From an uncultured Bacteroidales bacterium (GTDB lineage Bacteria > Bacteroidota > Bacteroidia > Bacteroidales > VadinHA17), in NCBI GenBank assembly GCA_963698535.1, contig CAVORD010000002.1, positions 10,900 to 74,899 of the forward strand: 64,000 bases of DNA, in the 5' to 3' direction. The notes under the pieces are model-generated. The model made no database searches, was not told the DNA's origin, and saw only the letters and a list, made by a program, of their open reading frames with translations. The position numbers were made by a program, and so were the translations under genes. Below, in pieces: positions 56,043 to 64,000 of this stretch. The stretch's first letter is position 1. The number at the start of each line of letters is the position of its first letter.

Positions 56043-56050
56043 TACTTTTG
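56043..56050 (+). promoter_or_regulatory. Bacteroidota-type -7 promoter box (TAnnTTTG) upstream of the aminotransferase
   Basis: TACTTTTG, 33 nt upstream of the ATG at 56084. Confidence 0.5.
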
Positions 56051-56083
56051 CAATCTACCATGTAAAATTAAAAAGGATCCATT

Positions 56084-57289
56084 ATGCCGGTAATCTCCGA
56101 TAAAGGCAGATCAATGCCAGCCTCCCCGATAAGAAAGTTAGTACCCTATGCAGAGGCAGCTAAGAAGAGGGGAAGAAAAGTTTACCATCTGAATATTGGT
56201 CAGCCCGATATACCCACTCCCGAGATTGCTCTTGATGCACTCCGAAAGTTCGACCTCAAAGTTATTGAGTACAGTCATTCAGCAGGCAACGAATCGTACA
56301 GGAGGAAACTTGCAGGTTATTACCAGAAACTGGGAATCAGCATCGATCATACTGAAATACTGGTTACAACCGGTGGATCAGAAGCGGTGCTTTTTGCCCT
56401 GATGACTTGTGTAAATCCCGGTGATGAGGTCATTACTCCCGAGCCATTTTACGCTAACTATAATGGATTCGCTACTACTGCAGGGATCAAAGTTGTACCG
56501 GTAACATCGCATATTGAAAATGATTTTGCACTACCTCCTATTGAAGAGATAGAGAAAAAGATAACCCCTAAGACAAGGGGTATAATCATCTGTAATCCCA
56601 ACAATCCTACTGGTTATCTGTATTCAAGGGAAGAGCTGAACAAGCTCAGGGATATCGTATTGAAGCACGATCTGTTTCTCTTCTCCGACGAAGTTTACAG
56701 AGAGTTCTGCTACGACGGCGAAGAGCATTTTTCGGCAATGTTGCTGCCAGGCCTGGAGAAGCATGTAATAATGATGGACTCTGTATCGAAACGTTACAGT
56801 GAGTGCGGAGTAAGGATCGGGGCGCTGATAACCAAAAACAGAGAGGTTCTTGATGCTGCCCTTAAGTTTGCCCAGGCCAGACTGAGCCCTCCCGGATTGG
56901 GTCAGGTTGTTGGAGAAGCCTCCATCGACACTCCTCAATCATATTTTGATGGTGTATATAAAGAATATATTGCCCGCCGCGATTATATGGTTGAAGCACT
57001 TAACAAAATGGAAGGTGTCTACTGCCCCAAACCCAAGGGAGCTTTCTATACAGTAGTTGGTCTGCCGGTGGATGACTCCGACAAGTTTGCACAATGGCTC
57101 CTTGAGGATTTTGAATATAAAAATCAGACAGTTATGGTTGCTCCGGCAACAGGATTCTATTCAACTCCCGGGTTGGGAAGGAATGAGGTAAGGATTGCCT
57201 ATGTTCTCAAGATCGACGACCTTAAGAATGCAATGGAGGTACTGGAGCATGCATTAAAAGCATATCCAGGCCGTTTAAAAGCAAAATGA
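56084..57289 (+). CDS. PLP-dependent aminotransferase, class I (aspartate/aromatic aminotransferase-like)
   Basis: NIGQPD. NPNNPTG. PLP-lysine motif SVSKRYSECGVRIG. C-terminal RIAY. Confidence 0.85.
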   Translation: MPVISDKGRSMPASPIRKLVPYAEAAKKRGRKVYHLNIGQPDIPTPEIALDALRKFDLKVIEYSHSAGNESYRRKLAGYYQKLGISIDHTEILVTTGGSEAVLFALMTCVNPGDEVITPEPFYANYNGFATTAGIKVVPVTSHIENDFALPPIEEIEKKITPKTRGIIICNPNNPTGYLYSREELNKLRDIVLKHDLFLFSDEVYREFCYDGEEHFSAMLLPGLEKHVIMMDSVSKRYSECGVRIGALITKNREVLDAALKFAQARLSPPGLGQVVGEASIDTPQSYFDGVYKEYIARRDYMVEALNKMEGVYCPKPKGAFYTVVGLPVDDSDKFAQWLLEDFEYKNQTVMVAPATGFYSTPGLGRNEVRIAYVLKIDDLKNAMEVLEHALKAYPGRLKAK

Positions 57290-57307
57290 TCTAATTTATT
57301 AAATATT

Positions 57308-57344
57308 AAGGCCGGGTATTCTGTAAGTACCCGGCCTTTCTTTT
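57308..57344 (+). terminator. Rho-independent terminator after the aminotransferase
   Basis: An 11-bp stem, AAGGCCGGGTA (57308-57318) with TACCCGGCCTT (57328-57338), followed by TCTTTT. Confidence 0.75.
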
Positions 57345-57345
57345 A

Positions 57346-57453
57346 TCAGTTCAGTCCGATATAGAGGGCTGCAACAAAAGCTAAAAACATAGCTGCAATT
57401 ATTCCTACAGCAACCCAATTAGGTTTGCCTTCAAATGAAGTATCGCTTTCCAT
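57346..57453 (-). CDS. Possible 35-aa single-TM small protein (below the ORF-track cutoff)
   Basis: Hand translation: MESDTSFEGKPNWVAVGIIAAMFLAFVAALYIGLN*. ATG start and one clean hydrophobic helix. There is no other support. Confidence 0.3.
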   Translation of the reverse strand: MESDTSFEGKPNWVAVGIIAAMFLAFVAALYIGLN

Positions 57454-57506
57454 TTCCAAAAATTTAAAATTAAATAATCTGTTAATAAATCTGCTCTGTT
57501 AACAGC

Positions 57507-57809
57507 TTACGGGGAATGGATATGCGGTACAAGCAGGTAATGAGATGAAGTTGGTAAGATAAGTGTTCCGGCAACCGATTTCCGTACTGAATTGTCAACC
57601 ATATCCTCAAACAGGAAATGGTTAATTCTGACCTTCTCAGCCGGTGCAACCTGAACTAATACCGGTACCTGAATATTACAGGCTTCAAAGATGGAGTGTT
57701 GATCACTCACGGTAACAATGGAATCAGGATGCTCCTCTGCAATGGCATCTGGATGCACCTGAAGAGCCTGAAGTAAAAACAACCCGATGATCAGAGTTTT
57801 CAGCACCAC
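57507..57809 (-). CDS. Hypothetical secreted protein (100 aa, GTG start)
   Basis: Signal-peptide-like VLKTLIIGLFLLQALQV. No family recognised. Confidence 0.35.
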   Translation of the reverse strand: MVLKTLIIGLFLLQALQVHPDAIAEEHPDSIVTVSDQHSIFEACNIQVPVLVQVAPAEKVRINHFLFEDMVDNSVRKSVAGTLILPTSSHYLLVPHIHSP

Positions 57810-57884
57810 TGTAACTATTTTACTTTAGACGATAATCTTAATTAAAGTAACCAAAAAAAGAAGAAACGGATCATTTTATTATCA

Positions 57885-59057
57885 TCACTCCGGATAGAGG
57901 AGATACTTCTGTCGGATAACACCAAATTCTTTCAACCCTTCAGCCCAGGACTCCTTGATCTCCTTTTCACTCTTGCCGGAAATGATCATTTGCCTCAGGC
58001 CAGGTCCGCCCGCCAGCCGGTCGAAGTAGGAATTGAAGAATTTCCCCTTATCTGGATAATCATTATAAGCATCGATAAGCCACTTAAGAATAATCCCGGA
58101 TGCAGGCACCACTCCCGTTTCAGTTGCGTTCGTCAGATCAACTCCATAACATATCTGGTTAACCAGTGGCGGATTAAGGGCCCCTGGAATACTGCGTGGA
58201 GTAAATGAGAACCCCTTGTCCGGCAATAGAGGGGAGCCATATACCTGAAAAGGGAATGCTGTACCCCTTCCCAGTGATAAGGTTGTTCCTTCAAAAAAAC
58301 AGATCGAGGGGTAGAGGTATATCGCGTTCTGGTTCGGCAGATTCGGGGAAGGCCTGATCGGCAAGTTATATAACGATCTGTGACTCCATCCTTCCATTTC
58401 AATAACCTTGAGGTTGCATTTCAGATTTTTCCCCAGCCATGATTCACCATTTATCATCGTTCCGTATTCACCAATGGTCATTCCGTGGACTACCGGCACA
58501 GGATGCATCCCCACAAATGAATGATTACCCGGCTCAACCAGCGGACCATCGTAATAGAAACCATTAGGATCAGGCCTGTCCAGAATTATCATCTCTATCC
58601 CTGCCTCAGCACATGCCTCCATTACATAATGCATCGTAGAAATATAGGTGTAGAACCTTGCGCCAACATCCTGAATATCAAACAACACCACTTCAATTCC
58701 AGAGAGGTCGTCAGGCGTTGGCTTGAGATGCGATCCGTAAAGACTTATTACACGGATACCTGTTGCCTTATCCACGCCTCCGGCTATATGAGCACCGGCA
58801 TCGGCCATCTCCCTGAAACCATGTTCCGGAGCAAAGATTGACTTTACCTCTACACCCAGTGAAATCAGTGTGTCAACAAGATGCCTGTCACCAACAACAG
58901 TTGTCTGATTTGCAACAACGGCTACACTTCGACCTTTTATCAAGGAGATGTATTCTCCTGTTCGCTCCGCTCCTGTAACGATCTTACCGCCGCCTTCTCC
59001 TGAGCATCCGGCCGGGATAATTGAAAGGATTATAAACAGGAGGAATGTTGCATTCAT
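57885..59057 (-). CDS. DUF1343 family protein (NamZ-like exo-beta-N-acetylmuramidase)
   Basis: VAVVANQTTVVG...FAPEHGFRE....G......D..TG..V.SLYG..., DIQDVGARFYTYISTM, and a C-terminal LRQ...G.SE.EI...W......F...R.KYLLY. Confidence 0.7.
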   Translation of the reverse strand: MNATFLLFIILSIIPAGCSGEGGGKIVTGAERTGEYISLIKGRSVAVVANQTTVVGDRHLVDTLISLGVEVKSIFAPEHGFREMADAGAHIAGGVDKATGIRVISLYGSHLKPTPDDLSGIEVVLFDIQDVGARFYTYISTMHYVMEACAEAGIEMIILDRPDPNGFYYDGPLVEPGNHSFVGMHPVPVVHGMTIGEYGTMINGESWLGKNLKCNLKVIEMEGWSHRSLYNLPIRPSPNLPNQNAIYLYPSICFFEGTTLSLGRGTAFPFQVYGSPLLPDKGFSFTPRSIPGALNPPLVNQICYGVDLTNATETGVVPASGIILKWLIDAYNDYPDKGKFFNSYFDRLAGGPGLRQMIISGKSEKEIKESWAEGLKEFGVIRQKYLLYPE

Positions 59058-59164
59058 TGTGAAGTGGTTTAAAGTGCTAAATTAATGAAATGGATGAATC
59101 TGTACATCGGCAGCCGCCAATACCTCATAAATTAGAAACCATTTGCTAATTTAGTGGCCGTATT

Positions 59165-60409
59165 ATGAATACACCCTTTTTCATAGCATCACGCCTCATT
59201 AAGGAGAGAAAGAGCGGGGCCACTTTTTCAAGGCCTATAAACACCATAGCAATTATTGGCATTGCACTTGGCCTGGCTGTTGGCATACTTGCTGTTTCCA
59301 TTCTTACCGGTTTCAAGACTGAGATAAGAAACAAGGTTGCAGGCTTTGGATCGCATATACAGGTTGTCAACTTCGACTCAAACATCTCTTATGAAACGGC
59401 TCCTATAAATATCGACCAGCCCTTTGTGGAGACCCTCAGGAGCAAAAGCGGGTTTGAACACATTCAGGTATTTGCAACAAAAGCAGGTATTATAAAGACC
59501 GAAGACAATATTCAGGGTATTGTTCTGAAAGGAATAGGTACCGATTACGATTGGTCGTTCTTCTCTTCCAACATGGTTGAGGGATCTACCTTTCATGTAA
59601 CAGATTCAGCCAGAACAGACGAGGTAATAATCTCTAACAAAGTGGCGTCGTTGCTAAAGCTGAAGGTGGGAGATGACTTTGCAGTCTACTTTGTTCAGGA
59701 TCCTCCACGGCAGAGAAAATTTACCATATCCGGTATATACGAAACCAGTCTCGAGGAATTCGACAAGATATATGTCTTCTGCGATATAGGTCATATAAGA
59801 AGGTTAAACGGATGGAGCGAAAATCAGGCCAGCGGACTGGAGATTTTTGTTGACAACTTCGATCTGCTCGATTTCTATACCTGGGAAGTAAGGGATGCAA
59901 TTGGCTATAAGCTGGCAGAAGATGAAGATAAACTAAAAGTGACCAATATAAGGATCAGATATCCCCAGATTTTCGACTGGCTTAATTTTCAGGATGTAAA
60001 CGTAATAGTGATCATGATCCTTCTTCTTATTGTTGCCGGATTTAATATGATCTCAGGGCTTCTGATCCTGATCCTTGAAAAGACCAATCTTATTGGTATT
60101 CTGAAAGCACTGGGCTCTGAAGATAAAATGGTAAGGAAGATATTCATTTATCAGGCAGCCTATCTCGTTGCCAAAGGATTAGTTTGGGGAAACCTCGTTG
60201 GAATAGGACTTGCTTTAATTCAGCAACTAACAGGCTTTATTACTCTCGATCCTGCATCTTACTATCTCAAGACAGTTCCTGTAAACATCGAGATTATTCA
60301 TCTCTTTTACCTCAACGCAGGCACCATGCTGGCAATAGTTCTTATGTTGCTTATTCCATCCCGGATAATCTCCTCAATTTCACCGGTGAAGGCGATTCGT
60401 TTCGAATAA
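59165..60409 (+). CDS. Lipoprotein-releasing system (LolC/LolE-like) FtsX-family ABC permease
   Basis: FIASRLIKERKSG.FSRPINTIAIIGIALGLAV, a MacB-like periplasmic domain, and a C-terminal FtsX bundle with ...KALG......RKIF. Confidence 0.8.
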   Translation: MNTPFFIASRLIKERKSGATFSRPINTIAIIGIALGLAVGILAVSILTGFKTEIRNKVAGFGSHIQVVNFDSNISYETAPINIDQPFVETLRSKSGFEHIQVFATKAGIIKTEDNIQGIVLKGIGTDYDWSFFSSNMVEGSTFHVTDSARTDEVIISNKVASLLKLKVGDDFAVYFVQDPPRQRKFTISGIYETSLEEFDKIYVFCDIGHIRRLNGWSENQASGLEIFVDNFDLLDFYTWEVRDAIGYKLAEDEDKLKVTNIRIRYPQIFDWLNFQDVNVIVIMILLLIVAGFNMISGLLILILEKTNLIGILKALGSEDKMVRKIFIYQAAYLVAKGLVWGNLVGIGLALIQQLTGFITLDPASYYLKTVPVNIEIIHLFYLNAGTMLAIVLMLLIPSRIISSISPVKAIRFE

Positions 60410-60574
60410 CCTTATTGCCTTTAAATTCTTAAGCAATTGATTGCTTCACTGTCGGAATCATTAAGCTATTCCGGCAATCTGATTGACGCCCTTAATCCGC
60501 CGCAACATTCTGATAATCTGCTATTTCATATTTGATTTTTGTTACCTACCTTGGTTCCACTTTCAGTATCATTT

Positions 60575-62368
60575 ATGAAGAATTTCAACCCACAGGAAAA
60601 TTACCAGGCCACCAGAAAGGATATTGGCTATGTAAGCCGTAAGGAGGCAACGGAAAAGGATTATAAACGGATAGGCTTTAAGTCAGGACTCGAAGTCCAT
60701 CAGCAGCTGAACACTGTCAGCAAACTCTTTTGCCGTTGCCCTGCAGGTATCTACAACGACAGCAATGACTACGATGCTGAGATAATCAGACATATGAGGC
60801 CCACATTAAGCGAGCTGGGAGTCTATGACGGAACAGCCTTAATGGAGTTTAAAACAAAAAAAGAGATAACATACCGCATTAAGAATGAAACAGCCTGCAC
60901 CTATGAGGTAGATGATACCCCTCCTTTCCCAATTGACAGGCAGGCTCTGGACATAGCATTGGAGATTTCACTTCTATCTAAAATGAATATTGTAGGAGAG
61001 GTTCATATTACCCGCAAGCAATACCTTGACGGAAGTATACCAACCGGATTCCAAAGAACAGCTATTCTTGGTGTTGAGGGAAGCCTGCAGCTTTCCAACA
61101 AGAAGGTAAGACTTATTCAGCTTAGCATAGAGGAGGATTCATGCAGGGAGATATCAGATATAGGACACAAGAGAGTTTACAAGACCGACAGATTGGGTAT
61201 GCCTCTGATAGAAACAGTAACATACCCCGATATGGCTACTCCATCGGAGCTTATGGAGGCAGCCGAGTACATAAGGTTTCTCAACAGGAGCACCGGGAAG
61301 GTACGTACCGGAATCGGAGCAGGAAGAGAGGATGTTAATGTAAGCTGTGAAGGGGGCAGTCGGGTTGAAATAAAAGGAGTCGCTCATAACAGTTGGATCC
61401 CGGAACTTTCGCATAACGAATCTTTCAGACAATATGCACTGCTAAATATCCGGAAGTTACTGCTTAAAAGGATTAAGGAGCCTGAAAAATGGAAGATCGG
61501 TCATGTAGAAATAAAAGCTGCGAAAAACAGTTTCGAATCTGATTTTATCAGCGAAGCACTTAATAAGGGACACAAGGTTTTTGCCGTAAACCTCCCTGGT
61601 TGCAAAGGGATATTATCTCATTTTACTCAGCCGGGACATGCATTTGCCGATGAGCTGATACACAGATTGAAGGTAATTGCATGTATCGAATATCCCAACA
61701 TGGTCTATGCCGAGAATCCGTTTAATCCAATGGACAGAGAGGAACAGGAGGCTCTTTCTCATCTTCTTAAGGCATCTGAAGACGATTCACCAATAATTAT
61801 CTGCGGCCCGGAAGATGATATACCAACAGCTCTTGAGACCATTGAGGAGAGAATAAAGATGGCTTTCGAGGGAGTCCCGGAGGAGACAAGAAAATCATTT
61901 TCCGATGGCACGACCATCTTCGAACGAGTCCTGCCCGGGCGCGACAGGATGTACCCCGATACCGACTCTCCTCCTATTCCTCTGCCTAATGACCATATTG
62001 AAAGACTTAGGAAATCAATACCGGCAGATGTGGCAGATAGAATTGCTCAGCTGGTAAGCTGGGAGATACCCCCTGATACATGGAGGTTTTTGTTAAGCCG
62101 AAATATGATTCCTCTTATTGAGAAAATTTCAGTTGATTTTAAGATCGATCCTGGATTTCTGGGTAAATTCCTTGGTCATCGATTCAGGAATCTGTGCTGG
62201 AAGAACGGAATGTCAATTGGCCAGGAGAAAATTTATGCCCTTTTCCGGTTTATGATAACCAGAAACCTGAATTTGTCAATTGCTGAAAAGATGCTTAAAG
62301 TACTTATCGAACATCCTGAAATTGAATTTGAAAGCATTCTTGTAGTTTTAAAATTCAAAGAGAACTGA
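60575..62368 (+). CDS. gatE: Archaeal-type Glu-tRNA(Gln) amidotransferase subunit E (GatE)-like protein; the C-terminal tail is in another frame
   Basis: DYKRIGFKSGLEVHQQLNT.SKLFCRCP. MRPTLSELGVYDGTALMEF. EVDDTPPFP. GFQRT. DRLGMPLIETVTYPD. EIKGV. An inserted domain of about 150 aa. GVPEETRKSF.DGTT.FERVLPGRDRMYPDTDSPPIPL. The ORF-track start at 60539 is TTG, so I used the ATG at 60575. Confidence 0.85.
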   Translation: MKNFNPQENYQATRKDIGYVSRKEATEKDYKRIGFKSGLEVHQQLNTVSKLFCRCPAGIYNDSNDYDAEIIRHMRPTLSELGVYDGTALMEFKTKKEITYRIKNETACTYEVDDTPPFPIDRQALDIALEISLLSKMNIVGEVHITRKQYLDGSIPTGFQRTAILGVEGSLQLSNKKVRLIQLSIEEDSCREISDIGHKRVYKTDRLGMPLIETVTYPDMATPSELMEAAEYIRFLNRSTGKVRTGIGAGREDVNVSCEGGSRVEIKGVAHNSWIPELSHNESFRQYALLNIRKLLLKRIKEPEKWKIGHVEIKAAKNSFESDFISEALNKGHKVFAVNLPGCKGILSHFTQPGHAFADELIHRLKVIACIEYPNMVYAENPFNPMDREEQEALSHLLKASEDDSPIIICGPEDDIPTALETIEERIKMAFEGVPEETRKSFSDGTTIFERVLPGRDRMYPDTDSPPIPLPNDHIERLRKSIPADVADRIAQLVSWEIPPDTWRFLLSRNMIPLIEKISVDFKIDPGFLGKFLGHRFRNLCWKNGMSIGQEKIYALFRFMITRNLNLSIAEKMLKVLIEHPEIEFESILVVLKFKEN

Positions 62369-62415
62369 CAAAAAAGCGATCCTTTCTGACTTCACATTTC
62401 GTCTATAAACGATTT

Positions 62416-62556
62416 ATGAAAGAGAGGATTTCAAAGGATCGCGATGCAAACATAAACTGGCTAATGGGACAGTATTCGGACCGGTCGACCGGAAATATTG
62501 ATCTGGCGGATCTCCGGACCGAAATTGAAAAACTGTACGATCTAAATAAAAACTAA
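62416..62556 (+). CDS. Out-of-frame remnant of the GatE C-terminal (GatB/YqeY-like) tail
   Basis: Hand translation: MKERISKDRDANINWLMGQYSDRSTGNIDLADLRTEIEKLYDLNKN*. NWLMGQ......G resembles the LMG.VM...RGKA tail motif. The frame is open back past the gatE stop. Its stop lies 1 nt before the gatD ATG. Confidence 0.4.
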   Translation: MKERISKDRDANINWLMGQYSDRSTGNIDLADLRTEIEKLYDLNKN

Positions 62557-62557
62557 G

Positions 62558-63943
62558 ATGGCTGACGATATATTTCAGGGTTATAAAGGAGAAGCGCTGG
62601 AGGTTCTTAAACGATTCAATGCACGCGTTTGGGGAAGAGCCGAGATAGAAACCACCAGAGGTCTCTTTCAGGGGACCATTTTACCACGCTCAGAGAATGA
62701 CGATAGCAGACACATTGTTATTAAAATCGATACCGGCTACAATATAGGAATAGAGGTTTCGACGATTACCTCATTGATCGAGACAGGTTATAAAAAAGCC
62801 AATTACAAGATCCCGGAAAAGGAGTTTCCCTACTCCGCCGAAAAGCCCAATGTGAAGCTTTTCGGAACAGGAGGAACGATAGCGTCCAGGCTTGACTATC
62901 GGACAGGAGCAGTAATACCTGCCTTCTCTCCCGGAGAGCTGTATGGCGCAGTGCCTGAACTGGCTGATGTTTGCAATATCAACACCGAAAAGCTCTTTGC
63001 TGTATTCAGCGAAAATATGGGGCCCGATCAATACAAAACACTTGCCCGGGCAATAGGCAAAGAGATAGAAAATGGTATTGACGGTATTATGATAGGTCAT
63101 GGAACCGACACACTTCACCATACCGCTGCAGCCCTCTCATTTATGGTTCAGGATTCACCGGTACCTATAATTCTTGTCGGCTCCCAGAGATCATCCGACC
63201 GGCCCTCATCCGATGCAGCACTAAATCTTATTCACGCATCAACAGCCGCCGGTCATGGTGATATTGCCGAGGTGATGGTTTGTATGTTCGGTCCTACCTC
63301 TGATGACTACGGTTTCCTCCACAGGGGAACAAGAGTAAGAAAGATGCACAGCTCCTACCGGTCAACATTCAGGACTATTGGCGACACACCTGTGGCAACC
63401 GTTAACAAAAATGGCCTTACCCATATTAAGCATGACTACAAGCCTCGCCGTAAAGACCGGAATGTAAAAATATTGCCCTACTTCTCCGAGAAGGTCTCTA
63501 TGCTCTACTACTACCCTCACATGCAGGCAGAGGTAATGCACAGCATGATTGATATGGGTTACAAAGGCATAATAATTGTCGGAACAGGACTGGGACATGT
63601 TAACAGAGAGCTTTACCCTGCACTTGAAAGAGCACAAAAGGAGGGCGTATCTGTCTATATGACTCTCCAGACCATATGGGGCTATGTTCATATGTTTGTT
63701 TACGAGACAGGACGTGATATGATGTCCAAGGGGGTAATTCCCCTTGGTAATATGCTTCCTGAAGTTGCATGGGTAAAATTAGGCTGGGCTCTTGGACAGA
63801 CAGATGATCCTGAAGAGGTTAAAAAGATCATGCTTACACCTGTAAATCATGAGATTACCCCAAGAGAACCTTATAACGGCTACCTGGTTTACCAGGGAGG
63901 AGTTCCTGAAGTGGAGGAGTTTATCAGGAAGGTAAGGAAGTAG
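62558..63943 (+). CDS. gatD: Archaeal-type Glu-tRNA(Gln) amidotransferase subunit D (GatD)-like protein (asparaginase-fold glutaminase)
   Basis: DSRHIVIKIDTGYNIGIE. FGTGGTIASRLDYRTGAVIPAF. GHGTDTLHHTAAALSF. GSQRSSDRPSSDA. IAEVMVCM. HRGTRVRKMHSS.RSTF. VGTGLGH. MLPEVAWVKLGWALGQTDDPEEV. Confidence 0.9.
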   Translation: MADDIFQGYKGEALEVLKRFNARVWGRAEIETTRGLFQGTILPRSENDDSRHIVIKIDTGYNIGIEVSTITSLIETGYKKANYKIPEKEFPYSAEKPNVKLFGTGGTIASRLDYRTGAVIPAFSPGELYGAVPELADVCNINTEKLFAVFSENMGPDQYKTLARAIGKEIENGIDGIMIGHGTDTLHHTAAALSFMVQDSPVPIILVGSQRSSDRPSSDAALNLIHASTAAGHGDIAEVMVCMFGPTSDDYGFLHRGTRVRKMHSSYRSTFRTIGDTPVATVNKNGLTHIKHDYKPRRKDRNVKILPYFSEKVSMLYYYPHMQAEVMHSMIDMGYKGIIIVGTGLGHVNRELYPALERAQKEGVSVYMTLQTIWGYVHMFVYETGRDMMSKGVIPLGNMLPEVAWVKLGWALGQTDDPEEVKKIMLTPVNHEITPREPYNGYLVYQGGVPEVEEFIRKVRK

Positions 63944-64000
63944 TATGGATTTAGGTAAAGTAGCTAAGGTGTTATCCGGGGAATTACCCGGAGAAAAAGT

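Noticed and set aside
60410-63943. A compositional island (GC or codon shift) marking recent transfer of gatDE.
   Set aside because: By eye the base composition and codon style match the flanking genes. There are no flanking repeats, tRNA or integrase. If the pair was transferred, it is ameliorated. A quantitative GC/codon analysis was not possible here.
63945-64000. An ATG-initiated open frame (MDLGKVAKVLSGELPGEK...) starting 2 nt after the gatD stop and running off the window.
   Set aside because: Only 18 codons are visible, which is too short to call or name. It may be a third gene of the gatED unit and is worth checking in the full contig.

Overview
This is a 64-kb chromosomal segment that looks like Bacteroidota. 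The evidence is a T9SS PorP/SprF gene next to a type-B C-terminal-domain adhesin, a fused SecDF, DUF4783 beside nadC, TAnnTTTG -7 promoter boxes, and lipoprotein signal peptides. Most of the window is housekeeping: mutS, valS, era, der, rlmH, nadC, glmM, tatA, secDF, glutamine synthetase, rluB-like, a tRNA-Leu, Lol/MacB-type ABC parts and a TolC/HlyD efflux operon. Three blocks look accessory. (1) 3.3-9.7 kb holds secreted peptidases: an M14 enzyme, a catalytically degenerate M14 paralog and a BNR/Asp-box protein. (2) 33-43.8 kb is a tightly packed minus-strand operon: giant repeat adhesin, PorP/SprF, PD40+PKD protein, unknown secreted protein, then a periplasmic propeller/Y_Y_Y sensor fused to a SpoIIE/PP2C phosphatase. 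(3) 60.6-63.9 kb carries an adjacent archaeal-type gatE-gatD pair, which is unexpected in a bacterium and is the most interesting item here. At least five otherwise conserved genes (M14 paralog, SLC12-like transporter, SecDF, histidine kinase, GatE tail) are split by single +/-1 frame changes. The glycine-rich 5' part of the adhesin gene is broken at least six times in 1.3 kb. This indicates either indel-prone sequence data or real pseudogenisation, and I cannot tell which from sequence alone. I saw no rRNA, CRISPR array, transposase, integrase or recognisable defence system. The ORF track uses TTG/GTG as well as ATG starts, so several starts were moved to the first plausible ATG.
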